Part shown: positions 19,489 through 30,400 of the stretch, one piece after another | Layout: every line of letters starts with the position of its first letter | Numbering within the stretch: position 1 is the stretch's first letter | Assembly: GCA_965203465.1 (NCBI GenBank) | Contig: CBDBCR010000003.1 | Location: forward strand, 896,001 to 960,000 | Origin: Nitrosopumilaceae archaeon | GTDB lineage: Archaea; Thermoproteota; Nitrososphaeria; Nitrososphaerales; Nitrosopumilaceae | Length of the DNA stretch: 64,000 nt | Direction of reading: 5' to 3' | Notes under the pieces: model-generated | Databases searched by the model: none | What the model was told of the DNA's origin: nothing | What the model saw: the letters and a program-made list of their open reading frames with translations, nothing else | Program-made: the position numbers and the translations under genes

Positions 19489-19692
19489 CAGGATAGTATT
19501 ATTCAATGGGGTAGGGAAAAACCAGTCGGACTTAAAACACACCTATTTGAAAGTCTCGGAAATCCGTGAACAAAAGTGAAAAACGGGTTTTGTTCAGAGC
19601 GCCCGCGGTCCCGAGGGTCGGGCAGGCAAAGTGTGCCTCAGGAGCCCCTTGAGCGTGTCGAGGCACCCGCAAAAACGCCGTACTGCCAGCCT
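19489..19692 (+). repeat. Diverged duplicate of the upstream region and 5' end of the gene at 20799
   Basis: GGATAGTATTATTCAATGGGG...AAAAACG(G/A)GTTTTGTT...AAAAACGCCGTACT shared with 20683-20890. Confidence 0.75.
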
Positions 19693-20134
19693 ACCGACCG
19701 CGCCAATAGGCGCGGCGTTGCCGGGATCGGAAGCCGCGGTGGATTAGCAGATAGTAGTCGGCCAGATCGGACTCTTCCATCCACAGCGACGAAAGGAGCC
19801 TCTGAGCGTGCGGGTGTTTGCGAAGCCGCCTGGTCCATCGGCCGAGGCCATATGTGTTGAGATCTGCGAATCCTGCAAAGACCACCGACGGCAACGGCCA
19901 GAGGTGGAAGATAAGGTCCGCCGCCTGCTTTGGATCCAGTGGCATTTCGTACCCCAAGATCGCATATGCGGCGATCTCGTCCAAGACGTGTTTCGGAAGG
20001 CACGAGGTCGAAATGACCGCGTCGATATGGGCAGACACGGCAAAGAGCGCCGGTCCTGCCAGGAACAGGATCAGCAAGACGCCCGACACGGAAGCCGTGA
20101 TCTGACTTGCCAAGACAGACTGCCTTCTATGCAT
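19691..20134 (-). CDS. Hypothetical membrane protein
   Basis: Hydrophobic segments VSGVLLILFLAGPALFAVS and LIFHLWPLPSVVFAGFA; AT-rich TTTTTTA upstream. Confidence 0.35.
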   Translation of the reverse strand: MHRRQSVLASQITASVSGVLLILFLAGPALFAVSAHIDAVISTSCLPKHVLDEIAAYAILGYEMPLDPKQAADLIFHLWPLPSVVFAGFADLNTYGLGRWTRRLRKHPHAQRLLSSLWMEESDLADYYLLIHRGFRSRQRRAYWRGR

Positions 20135-20181
20135 GCTTTCTAGCCGCGCTCTGAAGTAAAAAACCTGCGCATGCCACCGAA

Positions 20182-20414
20182 TCAGCGGCCGTCGATCGCG
20201 GCGCTCTCCAGCGCGGCGCGGATCAGCCGAGCTCGCCGCTCCGGCCGCTTTTTGATGTCGTCGTCCCAGAAGCGGATCACCGCGTACCCCGCTCCCTCAG
20301 ATCCAGGTTTACCCGGGCAGTGCCGGCTGGAACCGGTAGCGGATGCCGCCGCGCCGCAGGATCCTGGCCATTTCCCTCTCCGGCCCCGGCCCCCGGCTCG
20401 ATCTTGGACATCAC
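20182..20414 (-). pseudogene. vsr: Vsr endonuclease remnant (internally deleted copy of 34933-35358)
   Basis: Nucleotide blocks shared with the intact copy (TGTCGTCGTCCCAGAAGCGGATCACCGCGTA; ATCTTGGACATCAC). The FCDGSFWHG core is missing. Confidence 0.8.
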
Positions 20415-20798
20415 TTCTGACTACTGTTGGTGGACGTGTCCAACTCGGCAGATCTCATCCGAGGCAACATTTGTTAGAGGCTCCTGCTCGTAAGACCGGC
20501 TTTCGGGGCAGCCTGGCGATCGGTCATCGATACTTAGATTACAGGCAATGGTGCCAAAAGTATGAAAATTACACTAAAAAAATGATTTTTGCCAAATTTG
20601 ATCTGTTTAGGTACTAGAAATACCGAATTTAATGATAACGTCGGCGTTCCTGGCTCCAGGATCGCTCCAGGGGGCGGTTCCTAGGATAGTATTATTCAAT
20701 GGGGGAGGGAAAAACTAGATATGGTTAAAAGGCATCTATTTAAGGCGCTCTGAGATCCGCAAACAAAAGTAGAAAAACGAGTTTTGTTTAGAAAGCCC

Positions 20799-21696
20799 GT
20801 GGCGTCAAGGATTGATGAGGCAAAGGATACCCTTAGAAAGCACTTCGTGAACGTGTTGAACGCACCAGTAAAAACGCCGTACTACCAGCACCAGCTACAG
20901 ATCCTTTACGAAGGCCGTTTCTTCTGGTGGGTGGTAAAAGACGCGCTCGAAGAACTGGTCGACGAGGGGTACCTGACCGTGTTTGACAGGAAGCGTGTGC
21001 CGGATTTGGCCGATCTGAGCCACGTCCAGGCGTTAAAGTTCTATGCAAATTCAGATGCCGTCAAGACTGTCCGGGACGAGACAATTATGAAAACACACGT
21101 GTTGCGCACCGCAAAAATGCTGGACAAGTATAGCGGTGACGAGAACAACAGGGTTTTGGGGAAGCAGCTTGAAAGCCTTGTTGAGAATCAGCTAAAGATG
21201 CTCCAATTCGAAATACTGGACAAGCATACAAACAGCTACGGGGGGGGAGAAATGGCGCCAGACGAATCACAATCTGGATCTCATAGCAAGACGCAACGGG
21301 CTGGTTATAGGCGTCGAGGTTAAAAACACCCTGCGCATCATATCGGCAGACGAGGTAGATACCAAAATAGACATATGCCGCCATCTTGGAATAGTGCCTG
21401 TATTTGCAGTCAGGTGGATCAAGCCGTACATCGAATGCATACGCAGGCAAGGCGGGTTTAGCTGGGTCTTCAAGACACAGATACTTCCATTCGGTCAGGA
21501 ACAGATGGTAAACGACATGTTCGCGAGGCTTTCTGCGTCAGGAAAGAACGAGCGCGGTTACGAACTAAAATTTCCCATCACTGTAAGGAACGACCTGCCT
21601 CCAAATTCCGTAAAAATGTTTGAGCGGTGGGCTAAAAAGGCCGAGACCCATCCCCCCGTGCCGGAAAGCGGCGTGCGGTGTGCTTTCGAAAAATAG
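20799..21696 (+). pseudogene. PD-(D/E)XK nuclease-domain protein split by a G8 homopolymer frameshift
   Basis: After G8 (21240-21247) the alternative frame reads EKWRQTNHNLDLIARRNGLVIGVEVKNTL and runs into the 21394-21696 ORF. Confidence 0.75.
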
Positions 21697-21699
21697 CAG

Positions 21700-21975
21700 A
21701 CAGCGCGACGGCTGGAAGATCCGCCCCTCACGTGCAGCTGCGACTTTGGGGTCAGGCTGCGGTTCTACCTGGCCGTGATGGGCTGCAACTTTTGGTATCT
21801 TGCCAACGCGGCGGCCAAAAAGCGGGCAGAGCAGGCAGGGATGCTGCACGAGCAGGTCGCCAAGATCCACACGGCCCCCAAGGCTTTCGTAAAACTCATG
21901 GCGAAAGTGGCCCAAAGATCTTGGCCATGAACCGCGCCGAGGTCCGGCACTGCCTGGACGGCGGCGGATAGGACA
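21700..21975 (+). pseudogene. C-terminal remnant of an ISH3/IS4-like transposase
   Basis: Frame reads KIRPLTCSCDFGVRLRFYLAVMGCNFWYLAN, resembling the ISH3-type RTTS...VRLFYF..AV..YN.W.L.N segment. Confidence 0.4.
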
Positions 21976-22111
21976 GCACAGGCCGCCGCACAGAAGTCAA
22001 CGAACTCAAGGCTGCCGCCGCGTGCCGTGCCGAATTTGCGCGCGCTGCGGGATGTTTGGGCCCCGGATCGGTTCTTTTGCGCTGTTCGTGCAGAAACGTC
22101 GTGCATGCAGG

Positions 22112-23983
22112 CTACAGATCATTCCTTGTATGCCCGCGCGGTCGGATCTGCGCCGTACCCGTGAGGGGGAACATTTCCAACTTCTGGGTGTGCAGCCTCT
22201 TTGCCACGGCGACTAGATCCGAGTACGTCTTGACGTATATTCTGGCGCTTGCCGCCTGTTTTATGCGAGACGGGATCGCCCGCTTGGATTCGACTTTGCC
22301 GACGATCAGATATCCCGACACCGTTCTGTATCTCCGGTCGGGGGCGTTGCCTAGCTTTTCCTCCACAAACCCGACGTATTCGGTTATTTGATCAAAGTCA
22401 CTCATTTTTGCCGAGTATCCTGGCCTTTTCAATTCTGCGACGTAGATCGTGTCACCTGCTCCGATCGATACGAAGTCCATTCTGCGATCTGGCTCGTCCA
22501 GTTGGTCGTCCGGGAACTGTTCGCGCAGCAGCTTCGAATACGGCACTTCCTCGCTCCAGTGCCCCAGCGTCGGATACAGGATCCACGGCCATTGCTTGAA
22601 ATAGTCGTGCACGGTGGGGACATCCCTGGTGTTCTCTTTGATGTGTTTTTCCAGTTGTTCGATGGCGCGTAGCCTCCCCCTCACAATACGGAACATCCCC
22701 CGGTTCTCTATCACGTTCCACTGCTTGAACATGTTGAGAAGATCCGCCGATTTGGGGCTTTCGTCTAGGCCGGCCACCATGCCCATGAACACTTGGTGGT
22801 CGATGGAGTTCCTCACGAAATTCATGAGTTCGAGGCGCTGGAGGTTGTCCAGCCCGTTGTCTGCGGTCACTGTTTTGATCAGTTTTTTGGCTACCGGCTT
22901 TTCCGGGGATTCGAGCGAGTCTGTCCAAGCGCGCAGTTTGGCGTCTTTCATCAGCTCCTCCTCGTTCCGGGTTTCCCTCTTCTCTGCCAGCTCTTCTGCT
23001 ATGCCACGCAGCCTTTTGTTGCCCCATGCCTTGAGCGCTTCCCCCTCGTCGGTCTCCCATATCAGGGAGCGCCTGTTCGTAGACACCAGATCTTCCTCCA
23101 TGTCGAAGAATTCGGCGGTAATCTCCCCGGTCAGACACGAATAAGAGTACTCGCCGCTTTTGATGTCGAATAACGTCGGCCTCTGGATAAGCTTTTTTCT
23201 GGCCAGTATGGCGATGCCGCGATCCTCCTCGTTTAGCGGGTCTCGCGTGGCCCCTATCCACCCAGTCACCCTCCAGTCCGGTTTCCCGTCCTGTATCAGA
23301 TCGTCAACCTTCCACGTGTGCTCCATGTCCTCCTTCGTCAGTTTGTCGGCGCGCGTGATGGCCTTGCCGTTGATTAGTACTTCGAACCCTCCCCCTATCG
23401 CAGAAAAGTTCTTGGCGATCGAGCGCGTGACCGATTGGATGTTTACCGGCGTTTTTCTTTTGAGGTTGGAGATCGTGACCGTGGTTCCGTCCCCTAGATC
23501 GGTCTTTTCTTTTGCGGCGGTTACCTCCGGCAGGTATTTTCCGGCGTTCTTGGCGCATTTGCGCAGCTCTTCCAGATCCATCTTGAATGAACTGCGCTCT
23601 CCGCCGCGGACGGTCTCGATCTCGACGGTGTTTGCCACGCCAAAAGTTGAAAGCTTGCCGATGCCCTTGCGCCCCATGGGGCGCCTCCCTCCGGGGGTCC
23701 TTTCTCCCCCCGCCTCGTCGCGCCGCTTGCGCCCGACCAGAATGTACTTCTCCCCGATCTCCTCATACAACATGCCGTGCCCGTCATCGCTCACGACTAT
23801 CTTGAAATCTTGGTTTGAGTCTTCGTCGGGTAGCGCCACGTCGACTTTTGTTGCGTCCGCGTCCCACGCGTTGGCGACCATCTCCGAGATTACCGGGGGC
23901 AGATAGCCGTAGAGCTTTATTCCCAGATCCTCAACGACCGAAAGTTGTATCTCCATTTCCAGGGGAGGCGCCTTCGAACCCAT
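22112..23983 (-). CDS. GHKL (MORC/HATPase_c_3) ATPase with C-terminal PD-(D/E)XK-like nuclease motif; R-M-associated
   Basis: EMVANAWDADA, DDGHGM, MGRKGIGKLS, GTTV; C-terminal RMDFV...VAELKRP. Confidence 0.85.
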   Translation of the reverse strand: MGSKAPPLEMEIQLSVVEDLGIKLYGYLPPVISEMVANAWDADATKVDVALPDEDSNQDFKIVVSDDGHGMLYEEIGEKYILVGRKRRDEAGGERTPGGRRPMGRKGIGKLSTFGVANTVEIETVRGGERSSFKMDLEELRKCAKNAGKYLPEVTAAKEKTDLGDGTTVTISNLKRKTPVNIQSVTRSIAKNFSAIGGGFEVLINGKAITRADKLTKEDMEHTWKVDDLIQDGKPDWRVTGWIGATRDPLNEEDRGIAILARKKLIQRPTLFDIKSGEYSYSCLTGEITAEFFDMEEDLVSTNRRSLIWETDEGEALKAWGNKRLRGIAEELAEKRETRNEEELMKDAKLRAWTDSLESPEKPVAKKLIKTVTADNGLDNLQRLELMNFVRNSIDHQVFMGMVAGLDESPKSADLLNMFKQWNVIENRGMFRIVRGRLRAIEQLEKHIKENTRDVPTVHDYFKQWPWILYPTLGHWSEEVPYSKLLREQFPDDQLDEPDRRMDFVSIGAGDTIYVAELKRPGYSAKMSDFDQITEYVGFVEEKLGNAPDRRYRTVSGYLIVGKVESKRAIPSRIKQAASARIYVKTYSDLVAVAKRLHTQKLEMFPLTGTAQIRPRGHTRNDL

Positions 23984-24414
23984 GGCGTGTAAAACATAGC
24001 CTGTAATTAAATACCTAACCGTTGACGTGATGCGCCCGAAAGCGGCCAGATCGGGCCCGAGATCACCGCGGTTTTCCCGGAGGCTGCCTCTCCAAGTCTC
24101 CCAATGGACGACATGATACGGCGATCCAACACGAAACGCGAACCCGCCTGCTGACGGTTTGTGCCACGGAGCCGCGGCGCGCGCGAATCCGAAGCCGGAA
24201 CAGGTGCCGGGCCTGGCGTCAGATGGACAAACTAAGTGCCGCGTACTTTGGTTTCCTGCCGCCGCGCCCGACTAGAATCTGGAGGCGATCCTGGTCGGAT
24301 CCGGCCCGGGCGCCGGATCTGCCGGCCGGGGCGTCGCGGCTACGGCGTGTCCTGCCAGGAAGCGTGAACCCGCGGGCGCGCGGGGGCCTTAAGTGGTACC
24401 GGCGCCCTCCCGCC

Positions 24415-24780
24415 GTGTCAGTCTACGACCGGAGGGTGCAGAAAAAGGAGAGCGGCGGCCTCATCGTGTCCGTCCCGTACCAGATAGCCTACGCGCTCGG
24501 CATAGGCAAGGGCACGACCGTCCGTTTCTGGTCGGTGAACGGCAAGGCCGTCTTTAAGCCGATCGCGCCAGGCGGCCTGACGGAGAAGGACATGGCCGAC
24601 ATCGGCGAGTACGAAGAGGCGGCCGGGGAGAGCCGGGGGCCGGATCCGGTCCTGGGGCAAACCCGCCCACGCGCCTGTGGCCAGTGTCCTGACTGCGGAG
24701 AAAGGCGCCCGGGGGCTCGGGAGGAGACGTGCCGGGCGCCCGGGAATGAAGGCGACATGCCGTGGTGGGCCTTTTTTTGA
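24415..24780 (+). CDS. AbrB/SpoVT-like DNA-binding protein (paralogue of 27003-27425, C-terminus diverged)
   Basis: YDRRVQKKESGGLIVSVPYQIAYALGIGKGTTVRF. CTTAAGTGG promoter motif is shared with the paralogue. Confidence 0.7.
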   Translation: MSVYDRRVQKKESGGLIVSVPYQIAYALGIGKGTTVRFWSVNGKAVFKPIAPGGLTEKDMADIGEYEEAAGESRGPDPVLGQTRPRACGQCPDCGERRPGAREETCRAPGNEGDMPWWAFF

Positions 24781-25054
24781 CCAGGCTCAAGTTCACGACA
24801 GCGCCTGCTTGTGACTGCCGATAGCGTACGACGGAATCTAAACGGCGCCAAAAAGCAAGGTTGGACATGCCAAGGCGGCCGGCCAGGCCGGACGTTCAGG
24901 CGGGCAAGATGCCGCTAGAGTACTGGCCGGTGAGGCCCCGAACCGACAGCCTTACGGCTGCCGGAGATTTTTCATCCAAAAGTCGACGGCTGGGCCCGTC
25001 CCGCGGGGCGCGTACGTCTGGAACAAGTTGCCCGGTTCTGCCCGCCGGCCAGCT

Positions 25055-25273
25055 CTATCGGAGGTCCGCCGGGGCCGGCTGGCCGCCCAGCGACTTTACC
25101 CTGCCGACGCTGCCTTCCCGTAGCCTGACCTTTATCCCGTGCGGGTGCTCCTCGCTGCCGGTCAGTATCGCCTCCACTGTCCCCTCCGTGAGCCTCCCCG
25201 TTCCCTGGTCGGCCTTTGTCTCTATGCCTACCCTATCTCCGACGGCTATGTCGCTCTTCTTGGGCACGCCCAT
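25055..25273 (-). CDS. YwbE/DUF2196 family protein
   Basis: KADQGTGRLTEGTV..ILT....HPHGIKVRL..G.VGRVK signature. Confidence 0.85.
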   Translation of the reverse strand: MGVPKKSDIAVGDRVGIETKADQGTGRLTEGTVEAILTGSEEHPHGIKVRLREGSVGRVKSLGGQPAPADLR

Positions 25274-25575
25274 GCCCCCGCTTGCAAGAGTGCCGATTTA
25301 AAGCCGCCTGTGGTGTCCGTCCGCGAGCTTTGCCCGGCGGCCGGATCCGTCCCACAGGGTTGATTACGGCGCGGCTCGTCCCATGCGCGTGTTCTTCCGG
25401 AGATCGAAGAGGGGCCTGTTCGGTTCCCCGTCCAAGGGCCGCTCCAAGAAGTCCTCCGGGTCCGGCCTGTTCGGTTCCACATCAAGGGCCATCACTAGCG
25501 GTTCCAAGCGGACAATATGAGCCAGCGATCCAACGTTAGACGTGGTCCATCTGCTACCAAGTCGGATTCATTTGT

Positions 25576-25635
25576 GCCATGGAGCCACGGGCCATGGAGC
25601 CACGGGCCATGGAGCCACGGGCCATGGAGCCACGG
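25576..25635 (+). repeat. 4 exact tandem copies of GCCATGGAGCCACGG (15 bp)
   Basis: Read directly from the sequence. It is an expansion of a motif present once in the other two copies of the long repeat. Confidence 0.95.
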
Positions 25636-25945
25636 CGTGCGCGAATCCTGAGCCGGAGCAGGCGCCAGATCAAGATGAGTGCCGCGTACTTTGATTTCGT
25701 GCCGTCGTGTCCGCGAATACAAGCTGGAGGCGATTCTGGCCTGACCGGCCCGGGCGTACGGATACGGGACGGGCCGGCCGTGGCCGCCATCTCCGGGTCC
25801 GGCCGGTGTTCAGCCGGCCGAGACGGTCCGGGACGTGGGCCGCCGACGGGCGGCCCGCTTAGGTCGGGAGGATTCGGGGGAGCCGTGCTCCTCCCGTTTT
25901 GTTTTCGTTTTCGTGGGTAAATGCGAGGGCGGCGCGGCCGTGCCC

Positions 25946-26066
25946 AAAGGCGCCTCCAGGTACAGCAAAAAGGCGCCTTCAAGCACAGCAGAAAAGCGCC
26001 TGCAGGTACAGCAGGTCGTAGCAAAAGCGCCTGCAGGTACAGCAAAAGGCGCCTGCAGGCGCCTTT
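25946..26066 (+). repeat. Five about 21-23 bp iteron-like repeats ending in a 22-bp perfect palindrome
   Basis: Consensus AAA(G)GCGCCTGCAGGTACAGC; palindrome AAAGGCGCCTGCAGGCGCCTTT at 26045-26066. Confidence 0.85.
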
Positions 26067-26771
26067 CTGCTTTCAGTCGGGGCAGTTGACAGGCGCGGAC
26101 AATAGCCGGATGCTGCCCAAACAGGGTGTACATGGCGAGCGTACCCGCCCGGTCAGGAACCAAGAACGGTAGGCCGGAGACGAGATGGCCATGGATGCGG
26201 GCCGCGTGCCCGAATTCTGATCAAAGCTCCAAGATCCCGCGATCCAACGTTAGACGTAGGCCCATCCGCTGACGATTTGCTTGTGCCAATGGTCACGGCG
26301 TACGCGAATCCGAATCTGGAACAGGTGCCGGATCGGGCAGACAGGCCGGGCTCCGCGTACTTTGGATTTTCTGCCGCCGTGCCGTGCCACACGCGAATTT
26401 AATCTGGAGGCGATACTGGGCCGGGGTCGGAGCAAGCGTTGTACGATCCTTGTCAGGCTAGGGTTCTGCCTGCCGGGGCGCCGGCTCTGCCGGCGTGTCC
26501 GGTGGCCGTAAAGTCCCCGCGTTCTGCTGGCGGATCTACTGGCCGTGTCCGGCTCGGGTTCTGCCTGCCCTGGCCATATGGGCGGGATCCGGCCCGGAGG
26601 GGCCGGGCCCAGCTTGGGGGGCGGGGCCTGTGGGCCCCGCGGACGGATGTGGGGTACAGGGGCCGCCGTCGGCTCCCGGAGTCAGCTTTGGTTCGATCAG
26701 ACAGGAATGCGAAGGGCCGGCCGGCCGCGGAATCCCGTCCGGGCGGCGATCTGCCGGGCACGGTCGGGTAC

Positions 26772-26872
26772 GATTTTTGGGTACGTTGCGGGCGGCCGAA
26801 ACTGGGACAAACGTACTGTTGTGCATGTTTCTTGGGTACGTTGCGGGCGGCGAAAATGGGGACGAAAGCGCC
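26772..26872 (+). repeat. Two direct copies of TTGGGTACGTTGCGGGCGG(C)CGAAA..GGGAC
   Basis: About 57-bp period, upstream of the AbrB-like gene. Confidence 0.75.
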
Positions 26873-27002
26873 TTTGTGTACGATTTATGGGCGCGTTGGC
26901 ACAGCGTGGACGGAGGCCCGCCCGTCCAGGCCGGCCCAACTGTACTGTTGTGGGCGATTCTTGGCATGTTTGCGCCTTAAGTGGAAACCGGCCATTCTCG
27001 GC

Positions 27003-27425
27003 GTGAAAGCCTACGACAGAAAAGTGCAGAAAAAGGGGACAAGCGGGTTCTTCGTGGCCATCCCGTCCCCGATAGCCTACGCGCTCGGCATAGAAAAGGG
27101 CAGCATCGTCCGGTTCTGGTCCGTCAACGGCAAGTTCATCGCCAAGCCGGTTTCGGTGGACGGCTTGACGAAGAAAGACCTGGCCGATGCCGACAAGTAC
27201 GAAGAGGCCGTCAGGGGGATCCGCGAAGAGCTGAGGGCGGGCACCATAGGGAGGCCCGGCGGGGCAGCCGGGGACGGAACGGGATCCGGGCAGGCCGACG
27301 GCCGGCGGCCGGAGAACCGGCAGGCCGAGCCGGATCATCTGGGCCAGGAGGATACCAGCCCGGACAGGAGGCGGGGGAGCCGGCCCCTGAGCAACGCCGA
27401 GAGGCTCAAGAGGCTCAGCATCTAG
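27003..27425 (+). CDS. AbrB/SpoVT-like DNA-binding protein with a flexible C-terminal tail
   Basis: YDRKVQKKGTSGFFVAIPSPIAYALGIEKGSIVRF; GTG start about 27 bp after CTTAAG; tail ends LSNAERLKRLSI. Confidence 0.75.
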   Translation: MKAYDRKVQKKGTSGFFVAIPSPIAYALGIEKGSIVRFWSVNGKFIAKPVSVDGLTKKDLADADKYEEAVRGIREELRAGTIGRPGGAAGDGTGSGQADGRRPENRQAEPDHLGQEDTSPDRRRGSRPLSNAERLKRLSI

Positions 27426-30400
27426 ACCACGGTCACCCGGACGGACTTTTTTTCGGCCTCGTCCAGGTCCTCGAATACCTTCAGGACGGCCCTGCTCTTG
27501 GACCATACGTGGCACATGCCGAACCCCATGCCCCTCCACTTGGTCATGTTGTACCTGACGTGCTCGGGGTGGCTCCGCACCTCGCTGACCGATTCTATCT
27601 CGATGCTGACCGGGGTCTTGGTCTCGTAGTCGTAGGCGACAAGGTCCGTCCTGTCGACCCCCTTGCGGACCGTCTGGTCGGCCACGGCCACGAAGAACCC
27701 CTGCTTTAGGTACGCCTCGAAAGCCTGGCGGGCCACGCCCTCCACGTCGTCTGCCGAACCCACGGGGGCGACATCCGGCTCAAAGTACGACTTGCGGGCG
27801 CTCGGCGACAGCTCGTAGGGGGCCGCCCGTCCCCCGTCGGTCCGCCTCAAAATCCCCTTGGCCGCCATGGCCTTGAGTACGGGCAGCAGCTCGGCCCTGT
27901 TTGCCGTCTTCATCTTCAGGGCTATCTCGACCTGCTGCATGGGCTTTTCGGAAAGCAGCAGCATTATCCTCCATTCGGTACGGGGCGGCACGTCCACGTC
28001 CAGCGACGCCTTCCACTGGACGGGTCCGGCGGCGCGGACCGCCCCCTCTACCACGCCGCTTCCGTACTTTGCAAGCTGTGAGGACACGAACTGCTCGAAC
28101 GCGCCGGCCGAGACCAGCCCGGGCGGGGGGCTCAGCCAGAACTGGCAAGGCGGCGGCTGCTCCTTGCCGGGCGGCGCCTTTTCCCTCACCGTCCAGTGGA
28201 AATATTCCTGGCTGGCAAGCTGGTGCTGGAGCGGCTTTTGGAACTGGGGATCCCAGATCTGCGATATGCGGGCCGCGTCCCTGCCGTTGACGCGCCCGAC
28301 GAACTGGGTGCCAGAGTTGCCGGTGATTATGCCCAGCTGCCTGTCGCTGATCTGCTCGGTGGTCTGGTGTGACAGCACCAGCCCGAGGCCCAGCGAGCGG
28401 GCCTGCTCCAGCATCAGCTGCAGAACCTGCAGGTCCTTTACTATCTGGAACTCGTCCAGGGCCAGTACCACCTGGGTGCGGTCGCGCTCCGGTGTCCGGT
28501 CGGCCCGCTCCTGTATGGTAAACCACAGCTTCAGGATGAACGCCTGCATGGCCAGCGGCTGGACGTGCTGGGGCATGTTCAGGGGCGATATGCGGACCAC
28601 CGTGCAGCTGCCCGGCTTGATGAGCTCGTCGAAATCGACGGTCCCGCGCCGCACAGAGAACATCCTCTTGAGCACCGGATCGGTGGCAAACTGCTCCACG
28701 CGGTTCAGCAGGGGCACGAAGGCGTCCCCCTTGAGGGAGGATATGCTCTCGAGGGCCTGGGCCATCTCGGGGTCCGGCTCGCCGTACTCGCGGATGACGT
28801 CGGCCAGCGCGTCCTTGCCGCCCTGCAGCCTCAATATGATACCGTGCATGTCCAGAAAAGTCGGGGCGTCGTGCTTCATGTACATGTAAAAGAGCAGCGC
28901 GCGGAAAATCCTCTCCATCTGCACGTAGCTTGCAGACTGCTGGTACCATTCTTCTATAGTCTTCATAAAGTAGCCGACGTACCGCGAGACCACCTCCTCG
29001 CGCTCCGATTCCTTGTGGGGCGGCAGCTCCAGCGGGTTTATCGAAAAGCGCGTCTCCTGCGGGTCCAGATAGTGGACACGGCCCTCCTCCAGAGAGCCGG
29101 GCAGACACTGCTGGACGAACTTGCGGGAGTCGTCCCCCTTGGGATCCACGTAAATGAACGCGTTGGGGAATTGCCCCGAGTCGTTCCACGCCTCTAGGTG
29201 CTTGGCGAGCAGCCGGATCAGGGAAGTCTTGCCGGAACCGGACCCGCCGACCGCGTACAAGTGGGTGGCAAAGTCGGACGGCGACACCACGGCCGCCTCG
29301 GCGTCCTTGGACCGCACCGTTCTGCCCCACTCGGGGGCGCCGGCGCCGGGCATAAACGAGCCGAGCGGCCCGCCCTCTTTTTCGGATGGCTTTGTGGGCA
29401 TGGCCACGCCGCGGGTTGTGTCTAGATTGGGCGTGGACGGGGACGGCAGATGCACCAACAGCGGCATCTCCGGGAGGGTAAGCATCAGGAATGGCAGGGG
29501 ACGCCGGTCCTTGTAGCCGAACAGGCCGCGCCCGCAATAACCGGACAGCGCCTTTTCTAGGTGCTGCTCGGGGTCGGGCAGCAGGCGGCGCGTGAACATC
29601 TCCAGGCGGTCGAGCTTTTGGCCGCCCGCCCGTATTACGGATTTTTTGGATCCCAGCTGCCACTTCTCCGCGTCGCGGTACCGGAACTTGGTCAGGTGCT
29701 CGTGGCCCGAGCGCACGCTCTCGACCGGGAGCGCCTCGATCTCGTCGAAATTGAGTTCTATGTCGTCGTCGCTGACCGTCAACCCGCGCACGGCCATCAG
29801 CACGTGTGAGCCCTGCATCTTCAAAGTCGCGTGCTTTTGCAGGCCGGCGTAGTTGTTGTCGAAATCCCTGCCCGCCTCCGGATGATCGTGTGGCTTTTTG
29901 TCGGGGTGCATCAGTATCTCGGTATTGGACAGGTAGTTGCCCCGGCGTATCTCGCGGACCTTGCCGTCCAGCCTGGCCACGTGCCGCCTCAGGAAGGGGT
30001 TGAAGGAATACGACTTGAAGACGAACTGTATCCAAGCCTTGTCTGAAAGCTGGACGGTGCTAGCGATCTGCGACATTATCTGGTGGGCGCGCGCCTTGTC
30101 AAAGACGGTCGCGTAGTGGCCGTGGTAGGCGCCTATGTCGAACACGCGGTATTTTCCTGCCGGATCGAACCAAGACGGCGCGGTTTCTGCGTCGGAAAAC
30201 CCCGCGCTGGGGTACATGTTGCGGAACGCCTGCCGGTACCCCGCCATGTCGGCCCTCTCGCAGGCCAGTACCATCCGCAGCTGCTTTTCGGAGCCGTCCC
30301 ACCACACCTCGTAGCTTCTCACGCCGGGGCCTGCCAGCCCGCCGGCCGCCTCGACTGCCTCTTTTTTGTCCATCTCTACGGGTACAGACACCGAGCAGGC

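Larger units (their letters stand above)
24121..26430 (+). repeat. Three diverged about 190-225 bp non-coding direct repeats (24121-24310, 25525-25750, 26239-26430)
   Basis: Same ordered blocks in each copy: GCGATCCAAC, TTGTGCCA, GCGAATCC, CAGG(T/C)GCC, CCGCGTACTTTG, CTGGAGGCGAT. Confidence 0.8.

Noticed and set aside
25576-26066. Possible CRISPR array
   Set aside because: The repeats are tandem with no unique 30-40 bp spacers, and no cas genes are in the window.
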